Source: Opitutales bacterium
GTDB taxonomy: Bacteria > Verrucomicrobiota > Verrucomicrobiia > Opitutales > JBHJGM01
Assembly (NCBI GenBank): GCA_050331595.1
Contig: JBHJGQ010000024.1
Location: 72,684 to 136,683 of the forward strand
Direction of reading: 5' to 3'
Length of the DNA stretch: 64,000 bases
Each line of letters starts with the position of its first letter. The first letter of the stretch is position 1. Both the position numbers and the translations under genes were made by a program. Shown one piece after another: positions 9,414 to 18,220 of this stretch. Under the pieces are notes generated by a model. The model made no database searches. It was not told the origin of the DNA and saw only the letters and a list, made by a program, of their open reading frames with translations.

Positions 9414-9734
9414 TCAGTCCCCCGTGCTCTCCCGCGCCCAGGCGTGGTAGGCCGCGCCGACCGACTCCGCCGGCAGGGCAACCCATTGTGGGGTCTCGTA
9501 GGGATGCTGCTCGGCGAGCCACTGTTCGAGGGCGGATGCCTTGCTGCCGGGAAACTTCACCCACAGTCGCCATTCCGCGCCTTGCTCCACGGCCCCCTGC
9601 CAGCGGTAGACCGATTGGATCGGACCGTCAATCTGCACGCAGGCGGCCAGACGGGCTTTCACCAGGCCTCGGGCCAGTGCCTCTGCGGAGTCCTTCGTGT
9701 CGAGGGTCGTCCAGCCGATCCAAAGCGTTTCCAT
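9414..9734 (-). CDS. cutA: Divalent-cation tolerance protein CutA
   Basis: Track ORF of 106 aa: METLWIGWTTLDTKDSAEALARGLVKARLAACVQIDGPIQSVYRWQGAVEQGAEWRLWVKF...HPYETPQWVAL. This is a typical CutA1 sequence. Confidence 0.9.
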   Translation of the reverse strand: METLWIGWTTLDTKDSAEALARGLVKARLAACVQIDGPIQSVYRWQGAVEQGAEWRLWVKFPGSKASALEQWLAEQHPYETPQWVALPAESVGAAYHAWARESTGD

Positions 9735-9879
9735 CGTCGTGATGAAGCGGCGGCGGCGTGCCGGAAGTCAAGACGAGGGACCGCTGCGAGCCTCTATAAA
9801 GTTTCTTGCCAGGACGCCTCTGCCTGCTAATTTGAAAGGTTTTCCACAAAATCCGTTCTATCTACCAGAGAGGTTTCCT

Positions 9880-10104
9880 TTGAGAGACGAATACCTGAAG
9901 CAGGCACAGACGATCATTTCCGATCCGAATGTGCTCATCAACGTGGTCTCGCGCCGCGTCAAGCAGCTCAAATACGGGATGAAGCCGATGGTGGAGTCGC
10001 TGGAGCGGCTTGAGCCCGAGGACATCGCCCTGCGCGAAATCATTGAGGGCAAAATCGATTACGAACTCTACGAGCCCGCCGCCGACGAAGAGCCCGCGCT
10101 CTAA
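9880..10104 (+). CDS. rpoZ: DNA-directed RNA polymerase subunit omega
   Basis: Distal part of track ORF 9697..10104. It contains NVLINVVSRRVKQLKYG...DIALREIIEGKIDYE, the omega core. There is no in-frame ATG. I set the start at TTG 9880, which is preceded by AGAGAGG about 8 nt upstream. Confidence 0.75.
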   Translation: MRDEYLKQAQTIISDPNVLINVVSRRVKQLKYGMKPMVESLERLEPEDIALREIIEGKIDYELYEPAADEEPAL

Positions 10105-10195
10105 CGGGTCCCGGCCCACTGTCGGGCTCCCACTTCGGTTGCCCCTCGTTTCACATCCGCTGCCTGGAACGCGTGGCCAGGAGCGAACGTAGCTC

Positions 10196-10669
10196 ATGGC
10201 CGCCAAGTCCAAGCAAAAGCCCCGTCAAAGCGAGATCCGCAATGCCAAGGTCGGGCGCAATTACTTCATCGGCGAGAAGTACGAGGCCGGCATCGCACTG
10301 ACCGGGACCGAGGTAAAGTCGGTCCGTGCCAATCGTGCGCAGATCAGCGACGCCTTTGTGCGCTTCGACCGCGACCGGCCTATCCTCTACCACGCGCACA
10401 TCGACGAGTACGACTTCGGCAACCGCAACAACCACAACCCTACGCGCCCGCGCAAGCTACTCCTGCACAAGCGCGAAATCCTCAAGCTGCGGGTGGCCAT
10501 CGAGTCCGGGGGCGACGCGCTCATCCCCATTCGTATGTACCTCAAGAAAGGCTTGGTGAAGGTCGAGATCGCGCTGTGCAAGGGCAAGAAACTCTACGAC
10601 AAGCGCGAGGACATCAAAACGCGCACCGAGATGCGCGAGGCTGAGCGAGCCGTGCGTGCCTATGGCTGA
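10196..10669 (+). CDS. smpB: SsrA-binding protein SmpB
   Basis: Track ORF of 157 aa: IRNAKVGRNYFIGEKYEAGIALTGTEVKSVRANRAQISDAFV...HNPTRPRKLLLHKREILKL. Confidence 0.95.
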   Translation: MAAKSKQKPRQSEIRNAKVGRNYFIGEKYEAGIALTGTEVKSVRANRAQISDAFVRFDRDRPILYHAHIDEYDFGNRNNHNPTRPRKLLLHKREILKLRVAIESGGDALIPIRMYLKKGLVKVEIALCKGKKLYDKREDIKTRTEMREAERAVRAYG

Positions 10670-11183
10670 ACCCTCCCAGTCGCCGCTGCTGCACGTGGTG
10701 CTGTTTCAGCCGGAGATCCCGCAAAACACCGGCAACATTGGCCGCACCTGCGCCTACGCCGGCGCATGCCTGCATCTGATTCATCCGCTGGGCTTCACCA
10801 TCACCGACAAGCACTTGAAACGCAGTGGCATGGACTACTGGCAGAATCTGGACTTGCGCGAACATGCCGACTGGGTCGCCTTCCGGGAGGCGACATGCGC
10901 TCCCCCGCGCCGATGGCTGCTGACGACGCGCGGACCGCGCCTGCTGTGGGATGCGCCGCTCGCACCCGGCGACGCACTGGTCTTTGGCAACGAGGGCCAC
11001 GGCTGTCCGGATTGGCTGCACGCGGAGTTCGGTCCCGAGCGCTCTCTGCGTATCCCGCAGGCCAGCGGGCAGCTGCGCTCGCTCAATCTCTCCACCGCGG
11101 TCGGAGTGACGGTGTTTGAGGCGCTGCGGCAATTGGCGCAGCAGGGCGCGTTTCAGCCGGCAGAGCGAACCGGCTTGAAGTAA
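10662..11183 (+). CDS. trmL: tRNA (cytidine/uridine-2'-O-)-methyltransferase TrmL (SpoU family)
   Basis: Track ORF 10656..11183. ATG 10662 overlaps the smpB stop (ATGGCTGA). Motifs: LFQPEIPQNTGNIGRTC, LVFGNEGHG and LNLSTAVGVTVFEALRQ. Confidence 0.9.
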   Translation: MAEPSQSPLLHVVLFQPEIPQNTGNIGRTCAYAGACLHLIHPLGFTITDKHLKRSGMDYWQNLDLREHADWVAFREATCAPPRRWLLTTRGPRLLWDAPLAPGDALVFGNEGHGCPDWLHAEFGPERSLRIPQASGQLRSLNLSTAVGVTVFEALRQLAQQGAFQPAERTGLK

Positions 11184-12835
11184 TCAGCCAGGTAGTCTTC
11201 CAGCGCCTTCACCGTGGGCGGTGCCGCGACCAAACCCGCGTACCCATCCGTGCGCGCGACGATCAGGGTAGGCCGGTGCAGCGACTGGCAGAGCCGGTGC
11301 ACGCGGTGGCGCACATCGAGAAAGATCTGCTCGATCCACGGTGTCAGCGCTGGCGGCGGGCGTCGTCCGCTGATCACGTAGGCCTTGAGCAGGTTGGACT
11401 GAGTTTCGTGCACCCGGTGGAGGATCGAGTCGACCTGCCCGAGCAGGTTCTCGTTTTCTGTCGAGTGCAGGAAGACCAACGCGGTCAGGGCGCTCTCGCC
11501 CAGCAGACGATGCAGATTGAGCGCGGCTCCCGACACCGCGGCGGTCACCGGCAGGTCGGGCAACCGCACGCCGGCAGCCAGCAGATGGCGGCTGTGCGTG
11601 TGAAACGGCGAGAGGGCTTCGCGGCGGCGCAGCTGGCGCGACAACGGGCTGTGCGGGTAGGTGATGTCGAGGACCTCCAGGCTGTTGCGCGCGCGCTCCT
11701 GAAAAAACTCCGTGTTGGCCAACAACGGCACCAGCCGATCACGCAAACCCGCGCCGATGCTGCCCTCCAGAATGCCCAGGCGATGCATCCGGCTGGCCAG
11801 GCGCACGGCCTCCTCGCAGGCTTCACGGCGCTCGACGTGGTAGGTGTCCAGCAGGCTGTCATCGGCCAACCCGTGAACCACACAGGCGATCTTCCAGGCC
11901 AGGTTCACCGCGTCTTGCAAGCCGCTGTTCATGCCGTGGCTGCCCACCGGGTGATGGACGTGCGCGGCGTCGCCCGCCAAGAACACCCGGCCCTGCTGGA
12001 ACTGCCGGGCGATGCGCGGAAATACCGGGTAGAGCTGGCTGGAGAAGACGGCCTGCACCTTGGCCGGCGGGGCCCCGACCTGACCCATCCGGGCCAGCAG
12101 GTCCTTTGGGGAAATGCGGGCCGGAGCCGCGCCGGCGTCCGCCTCCAAGAGCATCCGCCAGACGTCGCCCTCCATCGGGTAGCAAAACAGGGAGCCGCGC
12201 GGGTGAAAGAACAGGTGCCACTGCTGCGGATCCTCCGACCAGCGCAGGTGTACGTCCATGGCGTTGAAATCCACCCGTGGCGCGGTGGCCTCCGTTGGGA
12301 TTCCCAGGCGTGTGCGCACGGTGCTTTGGCTGCCATCGCAACCGATCAGGTACCGCGCCCGAATCGTCTCCACGCCCCCGTTGGTAGGTTTCGTCACCCG
12401 CGCGGTCACGCCCTCGGCGTCGGCGGTAAAGTCCATCAGCGTGCGCGGGCACTCCGGCACGCAGCCCAACTCGGCCACGCGCTGCTTCAGGGCTTCTTCC
12501 AGTTTGAGCTGCGGCAGGTCCAGTGCGAAGTCATAGCGCGTGGTCCCGCCGGTCAATCCAGCCTGCAGCAGGAGCTTGCCTTCGGCATAAACGCGCATGC
12601 CGCGAATCGGGGTGCCTTGGGTCAGCAGTTGCTCGGTCACGCCCAGCCCGTTCAAAACCTCGAGGGTGCGCGCCTGCACGCAAAAGGCGCGTGAGCCCTC
12701 GAAGGGCGCGCTGTGGCGTTCGAGCAGGCGCACGGAAACCCCGCGCCGGAGAAGCTCTCCAGCCAGGGTCAGCCCGACCGGACCGGCACCCACAAGGAGC
12801 ACGTCCGGCGAGGTCAGCGGTGGCGATTCAGCCAT
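11153..12835 (-). CDS. FAD-dependent aromatic-ring monooxygenase (PheA/TfdB-like)
   Basis: Track ORF of 560 aa. Motifs: GxGxxG in VLLVGAGPVGLTLAGELLRRG, the DG motif GCDGSQSTVR, and the GD motif FLAGDAAHVHHPVGSHGMNSGLQDAVNLAWK. Confidence 0.85.
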   Translation of the reverse strand: MAESPPLTSPDVLLVGAGPVGLTLAGELLRRGVSVRLLERHSAPFEGSRAFCVQARTLEVLNGLGVTEQLLTQGTPIRGMRVYAEGKLLLQAGLTGGTTRYDFALDLPQLKLEEALKQRVAELGCVPECPRTLMDFTADAEGVTARVTKPTNGGVETIRARYLIGCDGSQSTVRTRLGIPTEATAPRVDFNAMDVHLRWSEDPQQWHLFFHPRGSLFCYPMEGDVWRMLLEADAGAAPARISPKDLLARMGQVGAPPAKVQAVFSSQLYPVFPRIARQFQQGRVFLAGDAAHVHHPVGSHGMNSGLQDAVNLAWKIACVVHGLADDSLLDTYHVERREACEEAVRLASRMHRLGILEGSIGAGLRDRLVPLLANTEFFQERARNSLEVLDITYPHSPLSRQLRRREALSPFHTHSRHLLAAGVRLPDLPVTAAVSGAALNLHRLLGESALTALVFLHSTENENLLGQVDSILHRVHETQSNLLKAYVISGRRPPPALTPWIEQIFLDVRHRVHRLCQSLHRPTLIVARTDGYAGLVAAPPTVKALEDYLADYFKPVRSAG

Positions 12836-12976
12836 GAGTAACAGCAGGGCAGGTTAGAGGCTAACTCAGGTTCCAATCCGAGACAGCTCCTAAAGGGTAG
12901 CGCCCTTTCGAGTTGAGAGGAGGTTATCCATTGGCCGCCACGCACTCAAGCCTCATCGGCGAGGGCTGGCGTGCGG

Positions 12977-13867
12977 TTAACTCCCTTCGCCGCGCCGGGG
13001 GTCGAAGGCGTCGCGCAGGCCGTCGCCCAGAAAGTTCAGGGCGAAGAGCGTGGTGGAGAAAAAGAGGCTGGGGTAGAGCAGCAGCCAGGGGTAGTCCTCC
13101 ATGTGCTTTTGCCCGTCCTGAATCAGCGCGCCCCAGGAGGTGTCGGGCGCCTGCACGCCAAAGCCCAAAAAGCTGATGAAGGCCTCCAGGAGCATGACCG
13201 CCGGGATCGTCAGGGTGGTGTAGACGATGATGATCCCCAGGCTGTTGGGCAGCAGGTGGCGCAGGAGGATGCCGCGCAGGGACTGACCGCAGGCGCGCGC
13301 GGCCTGGACAAAGGCACGTTCTTTCAAGCTGAGCACCTGTCCGCGCACGATCCGCGCCAGCGTCAGCCACTCCACCGCGCCGATTGCCACGAAGATCAGC
13401 CAGAACTGCCGCTCGAACAGCACCATCAGCAGCAGCACGAAGACGATGAACGGCATCGCGTAGAGCATGTCGACCAGGCGCATCATGACCCGGTCGGCCC
13501 GCCCGCCCAGCAAGGCCGAGGTCGCCCCGTAGGTGGCCCCGATGCCAACGGCGACCGCCGTGGCCAGCAGCCCGACCTCAAGCGACACCTGGCCGCCCGC
13601 CAGAATGCGCGCCAACAGATCCCGCCCCTGCTTGTCCGTACCCAGGATGAAGCCGTCTTCACCCGGCGCACGAAACCCCAGCGCCAGATCGCCCTGCGTC
13701 GGATCCTGCCCGTGAATCAACGGCCCCAGAAAGCAGAGCAGCAGCATCAGCACCACGTAGATCAGCCCGCCCACGGCCAGGGGGTTGCGCCGAAACCGTC
13801 GCCAGGCATCGCCCCAAAAAGAACGGCTGGCCGGTGCGTCGAGCGGCTGGAGGGTGGCGGTGGTCAT
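12977..13867 (-). CDS. Peptide ABC transporter permease (OppC/DppC type)
   Basis: Track ORF of 296 aa. It contains FWGDAWRRFRRNPLAVGGL near the N-terminus and FLGDGLRDAFDPR at the C-terminus. Its start overlaps the upstream permease stop by 4 nt. Confidence 0.9.
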   Translation of the reverse strand: MTTATLQPLDAPASRSFWGDAWRRFRRNPLAVGGLIYVVLMLLLCFLGPLIHGQDPTQGDLALGFRAPGEDGFILGTDKQGRDLLARILAGGQVSLEVGLLATAVAVGIGATYGATSALLGGRADRVMMRLVDMLYAMPFIVFVLLLMVLFERQFWLIFVAIGAVEWLTLARIVRGQVLSLKERAFVQAARACGQSLRGILLRHLLPNSLGIIIVYTTLTIPAVMLLEAFISFLGFGVQAPDTSWGALIQDGQKHMEDYPWLLLYPSLFFSTTLFALNFLGDGLRDAFDPRRGEGS

Positions 13868-14781
13868 TCGGCGCGAACCCTCGGATCCAGCAGCAGCAAC
13901 ACGACGTCGGCCACCAGGTTGAAGGCGATCAAGAGCGAGGCGTAGACCACCGTAACGCCCAGGATCAGCGTGTAGTCGCTGTCGAGTGCCGCCGTGACAA
14001 AGTAGCGCCCCAGTCCGGGTACCTGATACAGGCTCTCGACCACAAAGGAGCCGCTGACCAGCCCCGCCATCGCCGGTCCCAGATAGGCGACCACCGGCGA
14101 GAGCGCGTTGCGCAGCCCGTGTTTCAAGTAGGCACGGTGAAAGGGCATGCCTTTAGCCAGGGCGGTGCGCATGTAGTCTTGCGCGCGCACTTCGAGCATG
14201 CTGGCCCGGGTCAGCCGGGCGATGTAGGCGGCGAAAAACAGCCCCAGCGTCAACGCCGGCAGGACCCGGTCCCGCGCGCTGTCCCAGCCAAAGGCCCGGA
14301 ACCAATCCAGCTCGATCGCGAAGGCCAGGATCAAGAGTGGCCCCAACACGAATGACGGCAGACAGATGCCGACCATCGCCACCGCCATCGGCCCCAGATC
14401 GCTCCAGCGGTTGGGCCGCACCGCCGCCACCAGCCCCAGAACCAGGCCCAAACACAGCGCGATGCCCAGCGCATACACGGCCAACTCGAACGACACCGGC
14501 AGCGTTTCGGCGACGATTTCGGCTACGGTGAAATCAGGCTGGCGGTAGGACACGCCAAGATCGCCACGCAGCAAACCGCCCAGAAAGCTGACGTATTGCT
14601 CGTAGAGCGGACGGTCCAGGCCGTAGTGCTTCTCGAGGGCTTCGCGCACCTCGGGGCGCAGCGGGCGCTCCTCGTCAAAGGGGCTGCCCGGGGCCAGCCG
14701 CACCATAAAAAACGTCAGCGTGACGACCGCGAGCAGGACCGGGACGGCCTCCAGAATGCGCCTGAAGATCAGCTTGCCCAT
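13864..14781 (-). CDS. Peptide ABC transporter permease (OppB/DppB type)
   Basis: Track ORF of 305 aa: MGKLIFRRILEAVPVLLAVVTLTFFMVRLAPGSPF...VLLLLDPRVR. Confidence 0.9.
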   Translation of the reverse strand: MGKLIFRRILEAVPVLLAVVTLTFFMVRLAPGSPFDEERPLRPEVREALEKHYGLDRPLYEQYVSFLGGLLRGDLGVSYRQPDFTVAEIVAETLPVSFELAVYALGIALCLGLVLGLVAAVRPNRWSDLGPMAVAMVGICLPSFVLGPLLILAFAIELDWFRAFGWDSARDRVLPALTLGLFFAAYIARLTRASMLEVRAQDYMRTALAKGMPFHRAYLKHGLRNALSPVVAYLGPAMAGLVSGSFVVESLYQVPGLGRYFVTAALDSDYTLILGVTVVYASLLIAFNLVADVVLLLLDPRVRAE

Positions 14782-14789
14782 CGGTGGCG

Positions 14790-16460
14790 CTACGCGTCCG
14801 GCTCGGCGACGATGGAAATGCCCTTGTAGTTGCGGATGTCCAGCACGTTCATGTTCCAGCCCTGGACCGACGCGTCCACCAGATAAATGTGCTTCTGAAA
14901 GAACAGCGGGATGAAGGCCATCTCCTGCACCAGTTCTTTTTCGGCGTGGGAGTACAGCAGCATGCGCCGGTCGATCTCGCGCTCGCGCAGCGCGCTGGCC
15001 AGGCTCTGGTCAAAGTACTCGCTGCCCCAGTTGGAGTGGTTCAGTCCCGAGTCGCTCTTGAAGATTTCGAGGAAGTTGCTCGGGTCGACGAAGTCCGCGA
15101 GCCAGCCCGCGCGCATGATGTCGTAGTTGCCTTCGCGCCGTGCTTGCAGGTAGGCCGGCCACGCGCGGTTGAGCAATCCGATCGATTCGATGCCGAGGTT
15201 TTCCGCCCACATGCGTTGGATCGCCTCGGCCATGTCGCGGTGCACGTCGGACTCGTTGTAGAGAATGTCGAGTTGCGGGAAGCCTTCGCCATTGGGAAAA
15301 CCGGCGTCGGCCAGCAGGCGTTGGGCGCGGCGGATATTGGCCTGCAGGTCGGGCCCGGCGGTGCGGTGGTCGCTGCGATAACCAGGCATGGCGTAGGGCA
15401 CTAGGCGATAGGCCGGTTCCTGCCCGCCCTTGGTCACATGGGTGACCAGCGCCTGGCGGTCGACGGCCAGATTGAGCGCCTCGCGCACGCGCACATCGTC
15501 GAGCGGCGCCACCTCCACGTTGAGCCCATAGTAGTACAGGCTCAGCGAGTCGTGCTCGCGGAAGATGTCGGGTTGGTTGCGCCGGTAGCGGTCGATGCGC
15601 TCGGGCGGGATCGACTGGGTGACGTGCAGCCCGCCGTCGCGAAAAATCCGCTCTTCGTTCGTTTGGCTGTCGATGAAGAAGAAGCGAATGCCCTTCAGCG
15701 GCACGTTGTCGGGATCCCAGTAATGCGGGTTGGTCTCGACCTCCACCGAATCGTTCTGAGCCCAGCGCTTGAGCTTAAAGGGGCCGTTGCCCACGTGGCT
15801 GTCGTTGCTGGCCCAGGTGTTGTCCGGCAGGAACGGATTGCCGTGCGCGCGCACGACCTTTTCCGGCACCGGGTAGAACACGTGGTGGAACAGCATGGTG
15901 ATGAAATGCGGGGCCGGATTGGCCAGGCGCACTTCCAGTGTGTGTTCGTCGAGCGCCTTTACGCCGACCTGGCTGAAATCCGTTTCCTCCCCGTTGCGGA
16001 ACTCAAAAGCCCCGTCGATCACATCCAGCATCGAGGCGTACTCGCTGGCCAGGGTCGGGGTGAGGATGCGCTGATAGGCAAAGACGACGTCGCGGGCGGT
16101 CAGCCGGTCGCCGTTGGACCACTTGGCATCGGGCCGCAGGTGAAAGGTCCAGGTCAGGCCATCGGGCGAGGTGTCCCAGCGTTCGGCCACGCCGGGCAGT
16201 GGCTCGAGGTCGGGACCGGGATTCACCAGACCCTCGAAGAGCGCGTAGTGAATCTTCGACTCGATGATGCCGGTGGTGACGTGCGGATCCAACGCTCGGG
16301 GCGCGCCGCCCAGGTTGATCAGCAAGATTTGCTCGGCCGAAGCGGCTTCGGTCGCGGATTCGCCGCCGCCGCAACCGGCTGGCAAAAGCGCGGTCAAACC
16401 GAGCCCCAGCAGTACCAGGGCTGACAGCAGGCGAAAGCGGCAACGTTTGCGGTCAGGCAT
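14790..16460 (-). CDS. Family-5 peptide/nickel ABC substrate-binding lipoprotein (SBP2)
   Basis: Track ORF of 556 aa. The lipoprotein signal is ...LTALLPAGC. The length and sequence are typical of OppA/DppA-type binding proteins. Confidence 0.88.
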   Translation of the reverse strand: MPDRKRCRFRLLSALVLLGLGLTALLPAGCGGGESATEAASAEQILLINLGGAPRALDPHVTTGIIESKIHYALFEGLVNPGPDLEPLPGVAERWDTSPDGLTWTFHLRPDAKWSNGDRLTARDVVFAYQRILTPTLASEYASMLDVIDGAFEFRNGEETDFSQVGVKALDEHTLEVRLANPAPHFITMLFHHVFYPVPEKVVRAHGNPFLPDNTWASNDSHVGNGPFKLKRWAQNDSVEVETNPHYWDPDNVPLKGIRFFFIDSQTNEERIFRDGGLHVTQSIPPERIDRYRRNQPDIFREHDSLSLYYYGLNVEVAPLDDVRVREALNLAVDRQALVTHVTKGGQEPAYRLVPYAMPGYRSDHRTAGPDLQANIRRAQRLLADAGFPNGEGFPQLDILYNESDVHRDMAEAIQRMWAENLGIESIGLLNRAWPAYLQARREGNYDIMRAGWLADFVDPSNFLEIFKSDSGLNHSNWGSEYFDQSLASALREREIDRRMLLYSHAEKELVQEMAFIPLFFQKHIYLVDASVQGWNMNVLDIRNYKGISIVAEPDA

Positions 16461-16461
16461 T

Positions 16462-17286
16462 TCAGAGGGATGGCACGGCGGCCAGCAGCTTGCGGGTGTA
16501 GTCGTGTTGCGGGTTGCGGTAGATGGCGTCGGCGTCGGCCTGTTCGACGATTTGGCCGGCGGTCATCACCAGCACATAATCGGAAATGTGCTCCACCACC
16601 GCCAAATCGTGCGCAATGAAAAGATACGTCAGCCCGAGCGCCTCCTGCAAGTCCTGCAACAGGTTGATGATGTCGGCCTGCACCGACACGTCCAGCGCGC
16701 TGACCGGTTCGTCGCAGATGATGAACTCCGGCTCCACGGCCAGGGCGCGCGCGATGCCGATGCGCTGGCGCTGGCCACCGGAAAACTCGTGCGGGTACCG
16801 CGAAAGGGCATCCCTGGGCAAGCGCACGCGCTCCAGCAGTTCCGCAGCGCGCTTACGTTTTTTGTCCCGGTCCCACGCCTTGAAATGGATGTCCAGCGGC
16901 TCGGCGATGATCTGGAAGACCGTCATCCGCGGGTTGAGCGAATTGAACGGGTCCTGGAAGATCATCTGGATACGCTTGCGGTAGGGAAAAAAGCCACGGT
17001 TGCTCAACGTGTTGAGCCGAGCCCCGTCAAAGGTGACCGTGCCCGCGGTGATGGGCGCCAGCCGCACGATGGAGCGCCCAATGGTCGTCTTGCCCGAGCC
17101 GCTCTCGCCGACCAGCCCGACGGTCGTCCCGCGCGGTACCGTGAACTCCACCCCGTCGACCGCCTTGACCACGCCGACCACCTTGCGCAGCAACCCGCCG
17201 TAAATCGGGTAGTGCACCTTCAGGCCCTCAACCCGCAGGAACGGCGCGGGATCCGAAGCGTCCGCGCTGGCGGGTGTTTCAGTCAT
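16462..17286 (-). CDS. Peptide ABC transporter ATP-binding protein (OppF type)
   Basis: Track ORF of 274 aa. Motifs: Walker [10 protein letters not shown], signature [15 protein letters not shown] and Walker [13 protein letters not shown]. Confidence 0.92.
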   Translation of the reverse strand: MTETPASADASDPAPFLRVEGLKVHYPIYGGLLRKVVGVVKAVDGVEFTVPRGTTVGLVGESGSGKTTIGRSIVRLAPITAGTVTFDGARLNTLSNRGFFPYRKRIQMIFQDPFNSLNPRMTVFQIIAEPLDIHFKAWDRDKKRKRAAELLERVRLPRDALSRYPHEFSGGQRQRIGIARALAVEPEFIICDEPVSALDVSVQADIINLLQDLQEALGLTYLFIAHDLAVVEHISDYVLVMTAGQIVEQADADAIYRNPQHDYTRKLLAAVPSL

Positions 17287-18196
17287 GGTGGGTGGGCGCG
17301 GCCGCTGCCTCGGCTTCGAGTTTGGCGTGGTCGATTGTTGTCAGCCGCCGGGTGTTCTGCCCCAGCCGGGGAATGCAGGCGATGAGCGCTTTGGTGTAAG
17401 GATGCTGCGGGTTGCCAATGACCGCTTCGGTCGGCCCGCGTTCGACAATGTTGCCGCGAAACATGACCAGCACCTCATCGGCAAAGTCTTTGATGATCCC
17501 GAAATTGTGGGTGATGAGCAGGATCGACATACCGAGTTGTCCGCGCAACTCGCGCAGCAGATTCATGATCTGGGCCTGAATGGTCACGTCAAGGGCGGTC
17601 GTGGGCTCGTCGGCGACCAGGATACGCGGCTCGCACGAGAGGGCCATCGCGATCATCACGCGCTGCTGCATGCCGCCGCTCATCTCGTGGGGATACGCGC
17701 CGTAGCGCTTGTCCGCGTCGCGAATGCCGACTTTCTCCAGCGCTTCGATCACGCGCCCGCGCACGTCCTGAATGTCCGGCAGGTGCAGCTCGACCGCCTC
17801 GGCAATCTGGTGGCCGATGGTGAAGACCGGATTGAGCGACGAGGCCGGCTCCTGAAAGATGTAGGCTATCTCCTTGCCCCGCAGATCACGCAGTTTTTCT
17901 CGCCCGGCTTTGAGCACATCCTCGCCGCGGTACCGAATTTCGCCCGAAACCTCGCAGGCCGGCGGCCCCGGCAACAAGCGCGTTAAGGAAAGCGCCGTGA
18001 CGGATTTGCCCGAACCGCTTTCGCCGACCACCGCCAGCGTTTTTCCGCGCTCCAGGGTGAAGTCGATGCCCTTGACCGCTTCGACCGTGCGCTGATGCCC
18101 CTTGAAGGTGATGCGCAGATCACGCACGTCCAGCAGCGGTCCATCGTGCGCGGAGGCGGGCGGCGGGGTGATCGATTGGGCGTCGGAATCGCTCAT
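17279..18196 (-). CDS. Peptide ABC transporter ATP-binding protein (OppD type)
   Basis: Track ORF of 305 aa. Motifs: Walker [10 protein letters not shown], signature [15 protein letters not shown] and Walker [13 protein letters not shown]. Confidence 0.92.
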   Translation of the reverse strand: MSDSDAQSITPPPASAHDGPLLDVRDLRITFKGHQRTVEAVKGIDFTLERGKTLAVVGESGSGKSVTALSLTRLLPGPPACEVSGEIRYRGEDVLKAGREKLRDLRGKEIAYIFQEPASSLNPVFTIGHQIAEAVELHLPDIQDVRGRVIEALEKVGIRDADKRYGAYPHEMSGGMQQRVMIAMALSCEPRILVADEPTTALDVTIQAQIMNLLRELRGQLGMSILLITHNFGIIKDFADEVLVMFRGNIVERGPTEAVIGNPQHPYTKALIACIPRLGQNTRRLTTIDHAKLEAEAAAAPTHHD

Positions 18197-18220
18197 GAGA
18201 ACAGGTGCAGTGACGGAGGC

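Noticed and set aside
12869-12879. GGTTCCAATCC, a tRNA T-loop-like string in the monooxygenase/opp intergenic region.
   Set aside because: The flanking bases do not form a T-stem. No complementary acceptor stem or anticodon arm could be built by eye.
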